A stretch of 47,081 nt of DNA, filler included, from Jimgerdemannia flammicorona (Eukaryota), in NCBI GenBank assembly GCA_003990765.1. It is 2 parts of 2 records of this genome, joined end to end, with 100 filler letters (N's around TTAATTAATTAA, not from the genome) between each part and the next. Parts side by side here need not be neighbours in the genome. Positions count along the whole stretch, not along the records: positions 23,598 to 47,081 come from RBNJ01001101.1; 1 more part is not named here. The stretch is one strand, 5' to 3'. Below are positions 35,470 to 47,081 of this stretch, one piece after another; position 1 is the stretch's first letter, and every line of letters starts with the position of its first letter. The translations under genes were made by a program, and so were the position numbers. Below the pieces are notes generated by a model. It saw only the letters and a list, made by a program, of their open reading frames with translations. It was not told the origin of the DNA and searched no databases.

Positions 35470-36590
35470 GAGGGTGAAGGAGAACCTGTATATACAGCGG
35501 AATAAGTGTATGGGCCACGTTTATGGCAAGGTCGACAGGTTTTGCGAATGCACCAGGAAAGCCACCGATCACTTGCCGGTTTCAGATGTTCGGTGCTTTC
35601 GAAATCATTCGCGCGCCACTCCCGTCGATAAATACCGTTGAATATGCCGGATCAAGTATATACCCAGCCCCCGGAGCCAAGAGAGACCGTCCGAATGGCG
35701 AACAAGACCGTCGCCCTTGTCCCGCTCTTCCGTACCCGATTAACAGCACAAGAATGGGAGACCCATACGATCGCCCAATTGGAACATCGCGCGTATATAC
35801 CGTCGAAGCATCCGTGCTGCATACCATCTCCAGGCCACTCAAAATTATGCTAGTCCATCTCAACAATAAGGAGTACATCCGGAGGCTATCGGCACCTTAT
35901 GAGCGGCACGTTTGTGACTACTCTCACATTCATATTGAACTCGTGCTATATGTGTTCGTTATGTGGCGTTGACATGTGCCTTGATTGCTATGGCGAGTGG
36001 GAAGAAGGCAGCCAGAAAGTCGAGGTGCTCGTCCAACAAGAGTCATACCAAATTGCAGAGAATGTTTGCTAATAAAAGGTTGCAAAGGCTATGGAGGGCC
36101 GCTGTCGACGCTGGAAAGATGCAGTGTGATAGGGAGGATGAGCACGGATGGAAGTGGAGGAAAGGTGGAGGAAATTGTGGAATTGGGGGAAATCATGAAA
36201 TTGGAAGGCACCATCTCTCCAAACGTGGGACCGACAACGGGAGCACCTTCCTTCAACGCAGCCACAACCTCCAAGACATCTCATCGTCGCCATCTCTGTG
36301 CGTCGCTGCAGCAGCAACAGCCGCAGCCTTCACTCCCATTTCTCTACGCGCCTGTCTCCGCCGTTCCGCTCGGTTTCAGGACTATTTGTGCTGGGGCGAG
36401 GCCGCGATTATACGTGACATTCCGTGACATTCGCAATGAGAGTAAGATCGCCTGGACGCCTGAATACTTCATCCAGCAGTACGGTGCGCTGTCGTTGACT
36501 GCGAGACTGGAGCGACGGTCCCCAGTACGCAAGATTCTTTGAAGGATTCGAGGATGCCTCCAAGAGAGAGAGGCATGTGAACGAGAAGTA
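35470..36590 (+). pseudogene. KDM3/JMJD1-like JmjC histone demethylase, 3'-truncated pseudogene
   Basis: Across frameshifts: YIQRNKC..FCEC..CRFQMF; RHVCDY/LTFILNSCYMCSLCGVDMCLDCY (KDM3-type zinc finger); WTPEYFIQQYG..VDCETG..FFEGFE. Confidence 0.72.
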
Positions 36591-36849
36591 TCCAGGACTA
36601 CACGGGCAATAAAGGCGCTGTAAACCTGGCCACCTGCCTACCTAACACATTTGTCCCACCCAAAATGTAATTACATTGTAATATGGCTCAGAAGATAGCG
36701 AGTAGGGCAAGGGAACAACCAACCTGAAGGTGGCAGTCGCGATTTAGGACATTTTCCGAGCAAAAGATCTTCCTAAGGTCAAGGTGTTTCTCAGCGAGGA
36801 CGCTGATAAGGTTCAGCACAATATAGTTGATCCCAGTGAATCTATCTCG

Positions 36850-38830
36850 ATGCTCCAGGTTCATGACGCCTTTGTTGCCCGTGTAATCCTTGAAAGGGAG
36901 TACACCCATGAAGTCGTCATAAGTCGTTATACTGAACACACAAATTCATGTCCAAATTATTTGTTATTTCGTACTCAACCCTCACCTTTAACACTTTATA
37001 CTTCCCGTTCACATGTCTCTTTCTTGAAGGTACCCTCGAATCCCTCAAAAAATTCTCTTGACGGTACTGGGGACCGTCGCGCCAGTCTCGTAGTCAACGT
37101 CGTCGATTGCACGCGCGCCGTACTGTTGGATGAAGTAATCGAGCGACCAGGTGATCTTACTGAGAATGGCACGTATAACCATGACCTCGCCCCGGCGCCA
37201 ATGGTGCTGAAATCGAGAGGAACGGCGGAGGTCGACACGACGGCGGAGGTCGACACGTAGAGGAAATGGAAGTGAAGGCTACAGCAGCGATGGTGGTTGC
37301 GATTGGTGCTACGGCAGTGGGGACTGTGGTAACGGCAACGCCGTGGGCGGGTGCAGAGACGGCGACGACGATGAAATGTCCTGGTTGGAGATTGTGGTGG
37401 CGTTGAAGACGTCCCCGTTGTCTGTCCCGCGGTGCCTCCCAATAACGCGGTTCCCCTCCTCCCATCCATGCTCCGATTATTGCACCCTACTCGCTGCATA
37501 TCCACGGTGTCGACACCGGCCCTCCATACCTTTTACAGTCTCTTGTTCATAGCAAGCATCTGCGATTTGTATAGTTTCTTATTGGACGAGCATCTCGCCT
37601 CTCTGGCAATTCCGCCTTCATCCCATGCGTCACAGCAATCAAGGCACATGTCGACACCACACGATGAACACATCCAGTGCGAGTCACCGGATTGGTAGCC
37701 GGGTCCGTCGCCGCATTGTTCGACACCAATTTGGTCCGGGCTTGGCTAGGACAATCTGGGGTGGGCTTTCGGGCACGCCATCGCTCAATCCGGCGTTCGC
37801 GTGGGCCCATCGCTTCTTCGCTGGAAATTTGGCGACGGTATCCTGTGTGCCCATATACAAGAATCCATTCTTTCCGTGGGCGACAGATCCTGCGATTCCG
37901 GTGTCGGCGGAGCGATTTGACGTCCATCGGGCAGGGGTGAACCGTGCGTGCGATGGATAAGACGGCGTGGAGAAAACTGAATATTGATTGTGGGTGTGGT
38001 CGATGATGAAGTATCTGTGAAACGGGTTTCGATTTGATCTACCGTCGTCGAGTTTATTGATAAATTCCGTGAGAAAGTCAGATTGCTGCGTCACTTTAGG
38101 CTCGAAATGATCGTGAGTCAAGGAATTGAACACGGTTTCAGTCTGAGCCGGAGGCTGCGCAACGCAGTCGGACATATTTCACCGTATGTAACCGACGGTA
38201 TCGATGCACGACGTGGCGGGAGAGGTTTCTTCGGGGAGGACAAGGCAACGGTGAGGATTCGCGATCCTTTGAAACCCGGCGGGTTTGCCAGCGGGACGCC
38301 AATGATTCTTGAGAGATGGTGGGCGTCGGGATACCGTCCAATGCGCACCAAGATCATGACAATTATCTTCAGTTGTGGGAGGGGGCGTGGCACGAGGGTA
38401 GAGGTGAGGACCGCTTGCATGTATTGGATCTCTTGTCCAATTGCAACGTAACTGGCGGTGACTCGAGCAGAATGTCGGTGATTTAACCACTGCAAAACTT
38501 TATGGGTACTCACAGAGCAGGGAGGAACGTCGGTGAAGAGCTTTTGTCCGCTTGTCAACGATAATCTCGGCAAAAAGAGGAATTTCGTCGGTGAGAAATT
38601 CCGAAACGAGAGGTGTCTTGGAAAAAATCTCGTCGGCGGAGAAGTTTTGTCGGCGGAGGCTCATCAATAAGAATCTCGACGAGTAGAGTTTTGTTGGTGA
38701 GAATCTTAGTAAGAGAGGTCTTAGCGGGGTTTCTTTGGGAGAGGGATCTCGTCGACTGAGGTTTCTCGTCGGCAGAAGGGTCTGGGCGCATGTATGACGA
38801 ATTGATGGATGATGGATCACATTAAAACTC
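36850..38830 (-). pseudogene. Second KDM3/JMJD1-like JmjC pseudogene (convergent paralogue)
   Basis: SHWMCSSCGVDMCLDCC; WSLDYFIQQYG..VDYETG..EFFEGFEG; YDDFMGVLPFKDYTGNKGVMNL; 5' boundary uncertain. Confidence 0.72.
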
Positions 38831-39099
38831 ATATGACTATAGAGAGATAAAACAACTTGTCGACGGGACCTTGATATTCATATGTGCATCGCGAAGGAGG
38901 GATAAGGAGATCTAAGACGGTGACGCTGTAGCAATATGGGTCGCTGGCGCGCGCCATGTCAAACAAGGAGGAGCTGTGATACTAGTTTTTTTTAGCAATA
39001 AGCACCCACCTTAGTATGGAACACCAAAACAATTTGCGTGAATGATCTGCTCCTGCAGGTGAGGGGAATGGATAAATATTCTGTGGTTAATCGCTATTA

Positions 39100-39700
39100 T
39101 ATAATTGTCGATTTATAATCGTTGTTCTATAAATCATTGTTCGTCGTCGAGACCAGAACAGTCGCTCCAATACCTGCACATGTCCGACGGATCAAGCCTC
39201 GCTCCGCGGAGCACTAATCTATGATAATAAAACAAATCAACTCACCCTTTGGAGCTGCCTGCGATACTCTTGATGTCGCCCTGGTCCTGGCCTAACACGG
39301 TATTCGTTCGTATTGCCCTTTCTTACTCGACTTTCAGAGCGCTGACCTTCTCGTCTTTCTCTATGAACGCGTTAACATGACGCGTTTGAATTCTCCGTCT
39401 GGATGACGGTAAGCGAAAATGAGGCCTATGTGACCGTTATCCGGAGGCAAAACGTAATACCATATTCCCGCCACCCAAAGATAACTAACCTTGAATTGCC
39501 GTCGCCGATGGATGGATTGGATGAAAATGCAACAGATGTGTCCTGAGTAAGCGTTATCCTGAGGCTCGAGGCACGCAAACGTAAAGCCAGGAGAATATCG
39601 GACAATGAACGATAGAAATGGACTTACGCGAAATGCAATGACGTTGGTTGGATTGAGGGATGTCAGATGGATGTTGTTTATGGATTCCACATTTTTATGC
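39100..39700 (-). pseudogene. Unidentified intron-containing gene remnant
   Basis: Protein-like pieces (WYYVLPPDNGHIGLIFAYRHPDGEFKRV; ERAIRTNTVLGQDQGDIKSIAG) with a GTGAG...TAG intron near 39245-39213. Confidence 0.3.
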
Positions 39701-40097
39701 CAAAATGAACGTCATCGTTACTTACACCACGTGATGCCTTTCGACTTGGCGGCGTCAGTAACACCAGGCGTTTCATGCTTTCATGCAAGGTTTCACCGTG
39801 CCTGATAGCTGATTGGTGCTGATTTCGGCTAGCAGTGCATTGGATATGAACGCATTGTAAAGATTTTATTTCGAGAAAACGAGAGAACGAGAAAACAGAG
39901 ACCACAGGCGTAGAGATAATCAATCGCGAGTGCGTTTAATTTTTCTCTGTATGGTGACACGGACAGACAACAGATAACCACAATAAATTTAGTGCAGAGC
40001 CATAAGTCCATCGGGTTTCATCATGGTCGAACATCCATCCAATCGGCCCATGGTAATGAGTAAAACCCTTACCAGGGTATCAAAAATAGGAATAAAT

Positions 40098-40098
<1 letters not shown>

Positions 40099-40165
<67 letters not shown>
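40099..40165 (+). repeat. 67-nt poly(A) tract preceded by AATAAA, within short direct repeats
   Basis: AATAAATC(A)67; GAGTAA..CCTTAC.AGGGTATC at ~40058 and ~40206; AATAAATCAAAA three times. Confidence 0.85.
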
Positions 40166-40167
<2 letters not shown>

Positions 40168-40329
40168 GGGAGGATCTGGGAGATAGAAATAAATCAAAAC
40201 ATAATGAGTAAGATCCTTACTAGGGTATCGGAAGTATCAGGGGAATAGAAATAAATCAAAAAATCAATGGTATAAGCATTTGTTGAACTTTGGACCCATA
40301 ATAAATCTCTTCAAGATCAAACCATTGCT

Positions 40330-41769
40330 ATGCAAAACGGAAAACAAACCACAACCACTTCGAGAGTCACCGATGCACCCTCGTGCCTCACTCGCGCAAT
40401 CGGAGCATACTTACAACCTTCACCATTCCGCCAGTCTGTCCACGCCGACCCCACGCAACTCAAGGGGGGGCTGCAGTCCAAAGATGAAATCATCCGTGAA
40501 CTGAAATCTCAACTGCTCGAATACGAGCTCAAGGAAATTACCTCGCGATTTGAACAGCTGACCCTGGCCGCCGAGCCTACCACCATTTGTAAGCTGAAGA
40601 GCAAGGTCGAGGAGCGCGATAGGACAATTGACGAGCTTAATTCGCATATTGCGCACTTGCAGAAAGAGATGGCGGAGCAACTTGCGATAGTCAAAAAATG
40701 CAGGATGCAGCTTGGTTGGAACAATGCATATATAATCCAACAGGCAACCCACATGGAAGAATTTCAGCAGGAAGGGGAGCAGGCCGTGTCGGAGCTTCAC
40801 TCACGAAATCAGATTCTCGAGATGCAGAGACGTGTAAGGGAGGACGCAATGGCTGAAGCGCAGGCAGTCTGGCAGGATGACAAGAAGTTCACCTTGGTGC
40901 AACTGGCAGTGTGCGAAGCAAGAGTTGCGGAGCTGGAGGCTGACAAGGGGACGGCCGTGGATCAATTTAATGCGAGACTGTATGAGATGCAAGGGTCGCA
41001 TGCGGATGTTGTACGGGTGAATAATGACCTTATGCGATGGATTGGACAGGTCTTGTCCACTGTTGAGTTGCAAAGGTTGCAGTTTGTACAGTTCGAGAAG
41101 GAGAAGACCGAGCAGATTGGAGAGCTGGAAACGAAACTGGCGATGAGAGAAGTACAAGCTAAGGCGATGGAAAATAAGACCAACGAAATGGTCTCTCGGC
41201 TTCAAAGTGATCTGGTCCTGGAGAGAGGGAAAGTAGTGGCGCTGGAGGAGAGGCTCGCAAAGCAAGACGTGGATACGAGGGCAATGCAGGAGACGATAGT
41301 CGAGCGTAACGGAACGGTTACTCGGCTTGAAGGTGAACTAGCCCTGGAGAGCGTGAAGGTAGCGGCGTTGGAGAGAAAACTGAAAGAGAAGGCAGGTAAG
41401 CTTGATGAAACAGTGTCGCAGTTCGAGGAATTGAAGGCAGAGAGAGACAGAGCAGCCATGGAGTTGGAGAAGAAATTGACAAAGCAGGAGAAGGATGTGA
41501 GGACGATGAAGGAGAGGACGGAGGAGCTCGGTGGAACGGTCACTCAGCTTGAAAGTAAACTATCCCTGGAGAGCAAGAGAGTCGAGAAAATGAGGGCGAA
41601 GAGAGATGTGGCGGTAGTGGCACTGGAGAAAAAGTTGGTGATGCAGGAAAAGGATGCGAGTAGAAGGGTCAAGAGCATGAAGGCAGAGAGAGACGTGGCG
41701 GTAGCGGCACTGGAGTCACAGCAGACAAGGCTCGAAGGGCACATTAAATTTTTGTTCTCAAAGTGTTAA
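40330..41769 (+). CDS. Coiled-coil hypothetical protein (479 aa)
   Basis: Longest intact ORF in the window; heptad E/K/L/Q-rich pattern with internal repeats (AERDRAAMELEKKL / AKRDVAVVALEKKL). Confidence 0.75.
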   Translation: MQNGKQTTTTSRVTDAPSCLTRAIGAYLQPSPFRQSVHADPTQLKGGLQSKDEIIRELKSQLLEYELKEITSRFEQLTLAAEPTTICKLKSKVEERDRTIDELNSHIAHLQKEMAEQLAIVKKCRMQLGWNNAYIIQQATHMEEFQQEGEQAVSELHSRNQILEMQRRVREDAMAEAQAVWQDDKKFTLVQLAVCEARVAELEADKGTAVDQFNARLYEMQGSHADVVRVNNDLMRWIGQVLSTVELQRLQFVQFEKEKTEQIGELETKLAMREVQAKAMENKTNEMVSRLQSDLVLERGKVVALEERLAKQDVDTRAMQETIVERNGTVTRLEGELALESVKVAALERKLKEKAGKLDETVSQFEELKAERDRAAMELEKKLTKQEKDVRTMKERTEELGGTVTQLESKLSLESKRVEKMRAKRDVAVVALEKKLVMQEKDASRRVKSMKAERDVAVAALESQQTRLEGHIKFLFSKC

Positions 41770-42453
41770 CCGCAGAAATCAACATGTTACGAAGGCACAA
41801 GGAATATAATGACCATCGGGCCGTCGAATACAGGCAGGCGGTGCAGGGTCTCAGGGACGAGTTCGAGAGGCTGCGCAAAATCCGGCGACCGTTGTTATAA
41901 TGCAATAAGCGTCCCTTGAGCATTATCACGAATGACACCATAAGTGGCTCGGCCAACAAACGACAAAGCGGAGGACACCATCGAACACTAGTACCAAGGA
42001 ATGAATACGCTTACGTTAAGTCACAATAACTTAACTTGTCCCGATGGAATTATATTTTAGAATTCAACTTATGAATCCTGCCATTAGTGTCCCACTTGAA
42101 CAACTTTATTAACTTTATTGGAGGTTCTACCCTTATGTTTCCGGCAAAAATTATGTAAACATTGAAGCACGCCACCGTACCAAGAGAGCCGAATGTCATC
42201 GCATCGAAGCCGCTCGCGACGAGAAAGCCAAGCACTTGCCGCCAAAGACCAGTTCCCACCGTGTAATAACCGTCGCATCAAATCCGCTCGCGCCGAGGAA
42301 GCCGAGCGCTTTCAGTCCCCGCGCCCCAAGGAAGCATAGCTCTGGTCCATTGAAGCTGCTCGCATTCAAATCGCTGCCGCACCGTATTAAAGATTAAATG
42401 GCTGAACATCATCGTATTAAAGAAAAACACCGTCGTATCACAGCCGCTACTGC

Positions 42454-42488
<35 letters not shown>

Positions 42489-42699
42489 CCCTACGCCTTA
42501 TTACCAAGGAATTATGGTCGATATAAACACTTCTCGCGATACATCCAGTTTACTTTATGTGAGCCACCCGCAATCACATGGCATTCTTAAGCAACATGTC
42601 GGTAAAGTCGCGTAATAGTGCCCCACGATGCAGTTCTCCTGAACCTCGGCGCAGGTCATAGCGGCGCGACATCGGCACGTGCTTTTGCAACAACTTGGG

Positions 42700-43520
42700 T
42701 GCGGTGGTTTCGGAAGGGTGGCAGAGGAGGTTGATGCTGATGGACCGGAGATGGTTCATGTGCCCATAGACATTCTGCGGTGGGTGGCAATAAGGAGGTG
42801 TGAGCATGGAGGCACTGACGCCATTAATGACGTTTGCCGTCCGGCACACGCCAGCCAAAGCGTCGGTGTACCATCCGCTCGTATACGGCGTCTGTCCCGC
42901 CGTTCTCGGTTTTCACTAAGCACAGAAGCACCAGTTATAACCCCACGCTCTCGAATCTCAACCAAACTTTACCATTTGCGTCATCGCCCAATATGACCGA
43001 CACAGCACAGCTTGGCAGCACGTCGCTCGTCACCAGCGAGAACGTCAATACCACAACGCTGGTTAAGCTCCCTACTCAAAGCAAGAAGCCGTCGCTGCAT
43101 CTGACAGCGGAGTCGGCGCTACGCCAAAATACCAAGCCGATGGAGAATTATAAGACCAAGGTATCCGTGACCTTGAAGAACTCTACCATAAAAACAAAGC
43201 CGGGCCTGCGGCGACGCACGTTGTTCTGGAGCTTGACAACGTCGCAGGTGAGGGGGCCGTATTGGAGAAGGACAAGCAGGTTGGCATGGCAACAGTCGAC
43301 GTCGTCATGTAGTTGGAGGAACTTGAGGAGCTGGGTTTGTTGTCGACCCCGTGGCCAAGCCATTCTCAGACTAGTGCAAACACAACCAAGGACGATGATG
43401 TCGGCGACGTACGTTTTGGCGTTGATACCAATTTCGAGGCCGACATCGATCTCACCTCCCGAAACATTTGCCACCGCAAAGGCCCTAACGTCGCGAGCTC
43501 TCCAGGAACCGTCCACCTTC
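42700..43520 (+). pseudogene. Possible hAT transposase C-terminal remnant
   Basis: TIRSYTASVPPFSVFTKHRS resembles the hAT dimerisation signature (SASxERxFS...TKxR), followed by an acidic tail; heavily degenerate. Confidence 0.25.
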
Positions 43521-43725
43521 CGTAACCGCCAGCTATCCGATTCGCATACCGACGTGACGGGTGTGCCGAAAGAAGTATTACGGGAACAACGGCGCACAAC
43601 GCAACGCGTAAAATCGCGCTACACTGCAATACCGCTCTTTGTCACATACACATATAATTACAAAAGGTTATGAGACCCGCTAGCACCTAGCAGCTAAAAG
43701 ACACCTCTTTAACATACGCTACGAT

Positions 43726-44220
43726 ATGCTACTGTACACGTCAAGATGTCGTCGAACACAGGTAACGCTAGCACGCCCAGGTGGCAGAGGCGATTACAAC
43801 GGCAAAGATTATGAACACGTCATTACGGCGTTAATCAATGAAGAAGCCCGCCCAGGTGGCAGAGGCGATTACGACAATGAAAAGGCTTTTTACAGCCGAC
43901 GAGGCCACAGAAAAGGCCAACGAGATCAACGAGACCATCGAGGTCAACGAGGCCAACGAGGCCGACGAGGCCAACGAGGCCAAAAGCGCGGGCAGCAAAC
44001 GAAATTTGATGGCGATTGCAATTACTGCGGCAAGTATGGACATCGCGAGCGGGATTGTTACCGCAAAAAGAATGAGCAACGCGAGGGACAGCGTGGCAAC
44101 AACAATTATCGAGGCAACGATTATCGAAACAATTACTGTGGCAACCAAGCCAACTACACTGACAACATCGCGCAAGCAACCTTCGCGCAAGCAATATTCG
44201 CGCAAGCAACCAGCCAGTTA
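43726..44220 (+). pseudogene. Retrotransposon gag remnant, Ty1/Copia-like, with CCHC knuckle
   Basis: [17 protein letters not shown]-rich..[23 protein letters not shown]; no pol seen downstream. Confidence 0.7.
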
Positions 44221-45687
44221 CTTGAGTTATTGCATTTTGAGTTATTGCACTTGGGTTACATCTCGTTGAGCAGGAGTGTTAAAAATATGCAACTCGAGGT
44301 TCTTGAGTGGCTTATGTTTAGATGTAAACGTCATCAATGTATACGTCATCAATTTTTACGTCATCAATAATTTCTGCAACGCGTAACAGAATCTATCAGA
44401 CCAGCCACATGGTGAGTTATTGTGGCGTGCATTTATTATTAACACCTCAAATAACGCCTCCATAATCTGCGGTCGACATTCGACTTCATTGTTCGACTTC
44501 CCTGATCCGTGATCTGCGGTCAACGTTCGACTCTCTTGGTTCGAAACCGAAGACAGCGCAACCTTGCCGGCCGATTCACCGACGTTACTCCGCGTAGCTT
44601 TGATCCGTGTCATTCATGTCTTGCAACGATGTCCTCTCATCGCTCATGTGATAACCCCTGACTTGCCTCCGTGAAGCTCCTGCCAGTGTAAATTTGAAGC
44701 CACATGTTAATTTGTACACGATGAGTTCGCTGGGGGACATGTGGATGGTGCCCTGCGGACTTGGGGAGTGTGAACAAACCTCGTTCACTCGTTCAGCGCG
44801 GCTACGATGGTTCTCTAAGCATTGCAGATGCTCACTGCTCTTCACAGCACGAATTTTGACGCGTTCTAGCAATCTCGGACACATTACATTACGTTTTTTT
44901 TTTTGAATTATAATTTTCCGACTATTACCTTAACCCGTAGTCACGTGCAGGGAAATTTGCATGACGTCATCCACATATTCTAAACACCCCTGTAAACGAC
45001 GATACACTCCAAAGATCCCCTCAAAGGTGTATTCTACGTGTATTCTAAGGTGTAATCAGGTATATTTTGACTTTTTATCGCGCCTGGTTATGAGACCTGT
45101 GGCTCCGGCGGTTTGTGGTCTGAGATCCGAACTCACTCTTTCTTGTACAAAATCTCTTTGCTTTGTTGTCATTACGCGCATTACGCGTCTGTCGAATAGC
45201 TTGAAAATGGCGCTGGGAGAGCTACCGAATACAGTTTCTGACATCCGCAAAGACCTTCAACGCCTCAGTGACGATCATCAACGCCTCAACAAAGATCATC
45301 TATGCCTCGATGACGACCATCAACGTCTCGTGGCAGAGTAAAACAGCAATTAGCCTCGTCAACTTCGTCTGCTGGTAATATTTACAGAAATTGTACCATC
45401 AACAACAACACCAATTGCACCATTCATAACACTGGCGACAAAACTGGTGTCGTCGTCCAGTTTGACGTCAATACGGAGGGGATCACGCATGCTATTGATA
45501 ACCAGCTCACTCAACCTCCAAGACGTTCAATACAATTTAACATGGAGGGGAATGGCCGGTATACCCCATATCCACTGGCAGTGACGGTCGCATCTGCTCG
45601 GTCCATACGACCCTCGGAGTCCCCGAAACGATACTTGATCAACTCAGATGCCAGTTTGTAGATACCAATGTCGTAGATGCCAGTATC

Positions 45688-46411
45688 ATGGATGTCAATT
45701 ACATGGATGCCAAAGTCATCCCCAGTTCGACTGCTTGCTCGTATGCCAGTTCCAGTTCAGTCATGGTCAGCCCAGCGCATCTTGTCCCTTCCGCCATCAC
45801 TGCCGCCGCCATCGTTGCCATGGATGCCAGCTTGAATGCCAGCTTGGATGCCAGTTCCAGTTCAGTCACGGTCAGCCCAGCGCATCCTGTCCCTACTGCC
45901 ATCACCACCGCCGCCACCGCTGCTACCACTACTGCCACCGCTAACACCGTCACCCCCGGCGCTACCCTCACTGCCGCTAACACTGCCGCCCCCGGCGCTC
46001 CACCACCGCCGCTACACCGCCGCCCCCAGCGCTACCACTACCGCCGCCGCTAACACCGCCACCCCCGGCGCTACCACCGCTGCCGCTAACACCGCCGCCG
46101 CCGCTAACACCGCCGCCCCCGGCGCTACCACCGCCACCGCTAACACCGCCGCCCCTGGCACTACCACCACCGCTGCCAACTATAATATTTTACCTGAAGA
46201 TGATGGAGACGACTATATTATTTTGGAACCTTTGAAACCTTGCAAACGCCACAATGGTATCAACAGAACCGGATTTTTCAGTTCGACGGCTATACAGTTG
46301 TGCTACGACGATTGTAGACATCCCCATGTTTGCTATAATTGCTATAGCCCTGACGACATAATACGGAACTGCCCCCAGGTCCAGGTAAACAAATACCGTT
46401 GGAACTTGTAA
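45688..46411 (+). pseudogene. Ala/Thr-rich low-complexity ORF ending in a degenerate zinc knuckle
   Basis: TAANTAAPGATT repeats across a frameshift; VCYNCYSPDDIIRNCP (CCHC with H>D). Confidence 0.45.
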
Positions 46412-46540
46412 TATTTCTAACTTATGTAACTTTTGTTAACGCAATGTTTTTTATTTCTGCATAGCCACTATAGATGTCCAGCAATCACGGCGTGTTCGTG
46501 CGTGTTCGGTGAGGATCGATGAGATCCAGACCACTTCGCA

Positions 46541-46740
46541 TTCGTGTATGGTCCACGATGACTCGTGTATGATCGACAAGGTCCACGATGACTCGTGTAT
46601 GATCGACAAGGTCCACGATGACTCGTGTATGATCGACAAGGTCCACGATGACTCGTGTATGATCGACAAGGTCCACGATGACTCGTGTATGATCGACAAG
46701 GTCCATGATGATTCGTGTATGATCGATAAGGTCCACGGTG
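46541..46740. repeat. 30-bp minisatellite GTCCACGATGACTCGTGTATGATCGACAAG
   Basis: Five identical units at 46551-46700 plus diverged flanking units. Confidence 0.97.
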
Positions 46741-47081
46741 CTTAGTGTAGGATTGAGGTCCGGCGATCACGGTGTGTATCGATGACATGTAAGTACCAAT
46801 TTCAAAAAAAAAAAAAAAAGTTGTTGGATGCGTATGTCTTTATTAAATTTCTACTCAAACTGTACTTCAGATCGTAGAGATGACCACTGCGCAGGTCCCA
46901 TCACGCCTACCATGCTTACCATTCTCATCGCGCAGTTTCTCCAACTCCCTTATCTCGGAGCGGGACACGTTCGCTTTCAAGCAACGACCGCCGGAAAATC
47001 TGATGACGCAGGCATATCAGAGGGTCTGGCGCGTGGTGTTAAAGGTAGGCTCTCTTTCCCTCAAACGTATACCCAAAAAAA

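Noticed and set aside
40023..40211. Poly-lysine ORF
   Set aside because: Artefact of the poly(A) tract.
46541..46740. CRISPR array
   Set aside because: Units are contiguous with no unique spacers, and there are no cas genes; it is a minisatellite.

Overview
Eukaryotic (fungal-type, spliceosomal GT-AG introns, fungal-like TE and NLR content) repeat-rich sequence. It appears to be two contigs (1-23497 and 23598-47081) joined by an artificial 100-nt linker (44N-TTAATTAATTAA-44N). The left contig is entirely nested, degenerate retroelements. A minus-strand L1/Tx1-like LINE is interrupted by a chromodomain Ty3/Gypsy element encoding a dUTPase. The 3' end of that element is followed by a full-length plus-strand copy of the same LINE family. 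That LINE carries a complete second dUTPase-encoding chromovirus (TSD ATGTC) and a solo LTR. The right contig has a LINE 5' end and an AT-rich, heavily C>T-mutated repeat block. It then holds a disrupted multi-exon NLR-like gene (CHAT protease - STAND NTPase - GTPase-like - second STAND NTPase - Sel1 - ankyrin) and a convergent pair of KDM3/JMJD1-like JmjC pseudogenes. An intact 479-aa coiled-coil ORF, gag remnants and minisatellites follow. No rRNA, confident tRNA or CRISPR array was seen. All domain calls are from motif recognition by eye, and boundaries are approximate unless termini or TSDs are quoted.
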